Part shown: positions 61,053-64,000 of the stretch, piece after piece
Numbering within the stretch: position 1 is the first letter of the stretch
Layout of the letters: each line of letters starts with the position of its first letter
Assembly (NCBI GenBank): GCA_037447605.1
Contig: CM074811.1
Location: 930,001-994,000 of the forward strand
Source: Zygnema circumcarinatum SAG 698-1b
Taxonomy: Eukaryota; Plantae; Zygnematophyceae
Direction of reading: 5' to 3'
Length of the DNA: 64,000 nucleotides
Made by a program: the position numbers and the translations under genes
The notes under the pieces: model-generated
The model's database searches: none
The model's input: only the letters and a program-made list of their open reading frames with translations
What the model was told of the DNA's origin: nothing

Positions 61053-62104
61053 ACTACACCCCCCTATTTTGGCTTTGCACCCCCCTTTTGAAAATTTAGC
61101 CTGGCCGTTTTGGTTATCCCCCCTTTTTTGAATATTTCGGGAGGGAATCGTTTTCCTGCCCCTCCCGTCCCCTCCCCTGGCCTGTCTTCCCCGGCCCTCC
61201 CCTCTTGCTCGCTCCCCTCCCCTCCCCTCCCTTCCCCTTCCTCCACGGCCTTCCCCTCCCGCTGAAGTTGGATCATCGTTATCACGACGGGTAATGACAA
61301 TCAAAGCATTAGCAAGGAAGCTGTTTGCAAACGATTCTTCAGCAACGTTGGTCTTTGCATCTCAAGTAGATGAACTTTTGGCTGTCGAACCATTGCAGTT
61401 GCAAAACCCCTACCCGGTTATGAAGAAATGAGGTTGACTTACTAACGCAAGCTGTTTGGCAATCAACCGAGACAAGAGCCATTTCAAGTGCTCTGAGGGA
61501 AAAAAATGTTCCAATTGCAAGCAACCAGGCCACAACTTACGATCTTGCCTTAATTAGGGGGTCTACAATCCTAACCTGAAAACAAAGTGTAACAGTTGCC
61601 CACATCAGTGACCTTTGCAACTACGTTTAGGGCTACGTTTTTGCGCTTAAGCTTAGTTTAGTTTAGTTTTTTGCTCTTAGTTTTTTTATTTTGTGCTTAG
61701 TTCATTTGTGACCAGTTTCTTGTGGTTCCCATGTTGAATTCGTATGTTCATTTGATGGTCTCACCATCTTGAGATCAATGCAAATCCCCTTTTCTTTTGT
61801 CGCACAATGTTGGAAGTCAATAGTGAAAAAGAGAAAACGGAGGGGTGGAATGTCCAAAAAAAGAGGAGGGGAGGGCAAGGCAAGGGAAGAGAGGGGAGGG
61901 GAGGGGAAGGGAGCGGGCGGGAGGGGAGGGCCGAGGAGGGCATCGCAAGGCAGGGCAGGGGAGGGGAGGGGAGGGGAGGGGAGTGGACGGGAAGGGCGGG
62001 AAAAAGATTCCCTCCCGAAATATTCAAAACAGGGGGGATAACCAAAACGGGCAGGTAATATTTTCAAAAGAGGGAGTACGAAAGCCAAAATAGGGGGGTG
62101 CAGT
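61053..62104. mobile_element. MULE-like deletion derivative with about 200-bp TIRs and an internal transposase-type zinc-knuckle remnant
   Basis: Left ACTACACCCCCCTATTTTGGCTTT..TTTTGAAAAT..GTTTTGGTTATCCCCC..GAATATTTCGGGAGGGAATC matches the reverse complement of 62000-62104. Internal + strand 61501-61554 reads KKCSNCKQPGHNLRSCLN* (CX2CX4HX4C). No TSD found. Confidence 0.7.
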
Positions 62105-63199
62105 AGAATTCTCCTTGTCGGATTTGATAAGATTTTTTTTGGGCAGAAGAGCGATCGCACGCACAAGCAGAAATCTTCAAACCGGTTTTCTCGCCTCGGG
62201 GGGACAGCAATAAGGATCTTTTCAGAAACTGACCGCGCTAATGACGACAGCCTACGTCACCAAGTTCGCAACTTCCCCCAACCGTGCAAACCGGCAAAGG
62301 CGGCCGTCGGTAAATTCCAATCATGGAGGGCGACAGCGCGCCAAGAATACAAGTATCGTATCGTTTCGGTCGCGGGCCCGCCGCCATGGCGGACATATCG
62401 CGCGTTGCCGTCCTATCTTCTCTAATTGACTACTGGCTTTTTCTCCATAACAAATAATGAAAACGCAATTCGTTCTAAACCCCTATCACACATTCCCTCA
62501 CCCTCCTCTCTTCCTCTCTACTCCCTCCCCCAGTAGCACTCCTACTTCCAGGTCGCATATTCTTCGGCATCCTTATTTACAACACATCGACTGTTCGATA
62601 GCCCCCCTCTCCGATTGCACTCTCTCTTCCTATCGCCCATCTCCATCTCCCTCTCCGCCTCCCTCTCCCTCTCCCTCCCCTTGCCGCTGCACACATTCGA
62701 CATGCACATGGATGCTACCGAAATGGGCTGCTCCATGAAGCGGCGGGCCATGAGCATGGAGAGCCCCCCCGCACAGAGGCGCGCACGGGCCACCCCGCGC
62801 CTCCTCCGCTTGCGGTCCCGCTCAAGCTCAAGCTCAGCTCTAATTTCCGCCCTCTCTGCTTCTGCACGCGAACACTCGTAGTCCAGCACCTACCAAAAAA
62901 GAGCCAAAAAAGAAATGTTTCGAAAAAATCAACTCCACATTTCTGGTTATTCCCAAAGATTCAAATAAACTCAATTTTCACACTTTCCACTCGATTTTAC
63001 CACGTTGCGTTCGATGTCTTTTCATCCAATCAGAGAAGAAGGTCAGATTCAACACAGAAAGAGGCCGTGGATCGCCTTTTCGGGCGGTTCACGGCCTCTT
63101 CAAAATTAGTTTGCGGAGTTGTCCCACGGAGTTGGTACAGCCTGCCTGGGCAAGGCTGGAAGCGGAGGGAGCAGGAGCAGGGGAGAGCACCAAGGAGAG

Positions 63200-64000
63200 A
63201 GGGTGAGAGGGAGAGATAGCACAAACAAGGCACAAAATCCCACCCTGCAAACACGGCAATAGCCTCACGATCAAGTCTACAAAAGACCTGATTTCGATCG
63301 CTACTGCCACCTAGCACTGCTGTACCTACACACTGTAAAGCTTTCCCTCCCTTCCGTGACGGGTAACGTAGAACAAACCTACGTAATACTGACCCCCCAC
63401 TACATGCTGACACAGATTGCCGCCCTCCATAACATGAAAAACAGTAACTCTGAACCTCGGGAGCCAATGAGCTACAGCCGAAGCGGCCCTGAATCTCTCT
63501 CCTATAGCCAGGAAAGCATGTCTATGGCAGAAGAAAAAACCGATTTACGGAATCCGTTTCTTAGGGAAGATATATGGTCTGCTAATGGGTCATAAGGGAC
63601 GTCTGCCCAGCAGCTTCCCATCCCCTCTGCTGGACAGCAGCAAAAGTGGCCAGACCTCCATTCCGGGCAGAAATTTCTGCTTCCTCAATGACCGACTACA
63701 CTATCGAGCTTCTGCCAAATATTCCATCCATTCCGGTTTAACGGAGCATAGAGCTTCAGAGTCATCTATGAGCCGAAGCGGATTGGTCTCTCCCTCAGCG
63801 GGCAGCGAAGGAGGTGGAGTGACGGAAGACTGCACAAATGAATTCAAGAAACTACCTCCATAAAATATCATTTTCCCTTTCCGGACAGAAAGCTCATAAG
63901 GGCTTCACCTTCGGCCCCCTGTACACGCCCCTCTGAACCACAAAGTCATCAGGGGGTCTGAACTCCTCCAGCCATGCAGTGGCAGTGGTTGAAGGCACCC
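63200..64000 (-). other. Possible 3' portion of a spliced gene entering from the right edge; unidentified
   Basis: Coding-like stretch VPSTTATAWLEEFRPPDDFVVQRGVYRGPK followed by a GT, plus further AG/GT-bounded segments. I could not assemble a reading frame with confidence. Confidence 0.25.

Noticed and set aside
62542-62889. Short ORFs on both strands near 62.6-62.9 kb
   Set aside because: GC-rich, low-complexity sequence. It could be a UTR or terminal exon, but no assignment is supportable.

Overview
Eukaryotic nuclear DNA from an intron-rich, microsatellite-rich green plant. The gene set is plant-type, and I infer a streptophyte alga, possibly Zygnematophyceae; this cannot be proven from the sequence. 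It is not prokaryotic, so there is no CRISPR array or operon. Spliced genes reconstructed by eye from left to right: an unknown gene leaving the window (-), an LRR/EDR1-domain Raf-like kinase (+), mitochondrial ATP synthase 6 kDa subunit (-), dynamin-related DRP3 (+), an XRI1-like gene (-), PTOX/IMMUTANS (-), an At1g24560-like coiled-coil protein (+), proteasome inhibitor PI31 (+), tRNA-Glu(CTC) (-), a secreted LRR + Cys-rich/EGF-like + Arg/Pro-rich protein (-), and a filament-like plant protein FPP/DUF869 (-). Mobile DNA includes a degenerate Ty3/gypsy element, a solo LTR with a 5-bp TSD, several long-TIR foldback/MULE-like elements and a palindromic CCATTGG repeat family. The most striking structure is at 49.9-50.8 kb. 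What looks like a ~200-bp satellite is a tandem array of near-identical intron + 72-nt LRR-exon modules; the ORF track does not show it. The exons vary mainly at solvent-exposed LRR positions, all are phase 2-2 and so skippable in frame, and the array abuts a truncated retrotransposon RT at a microhomology.
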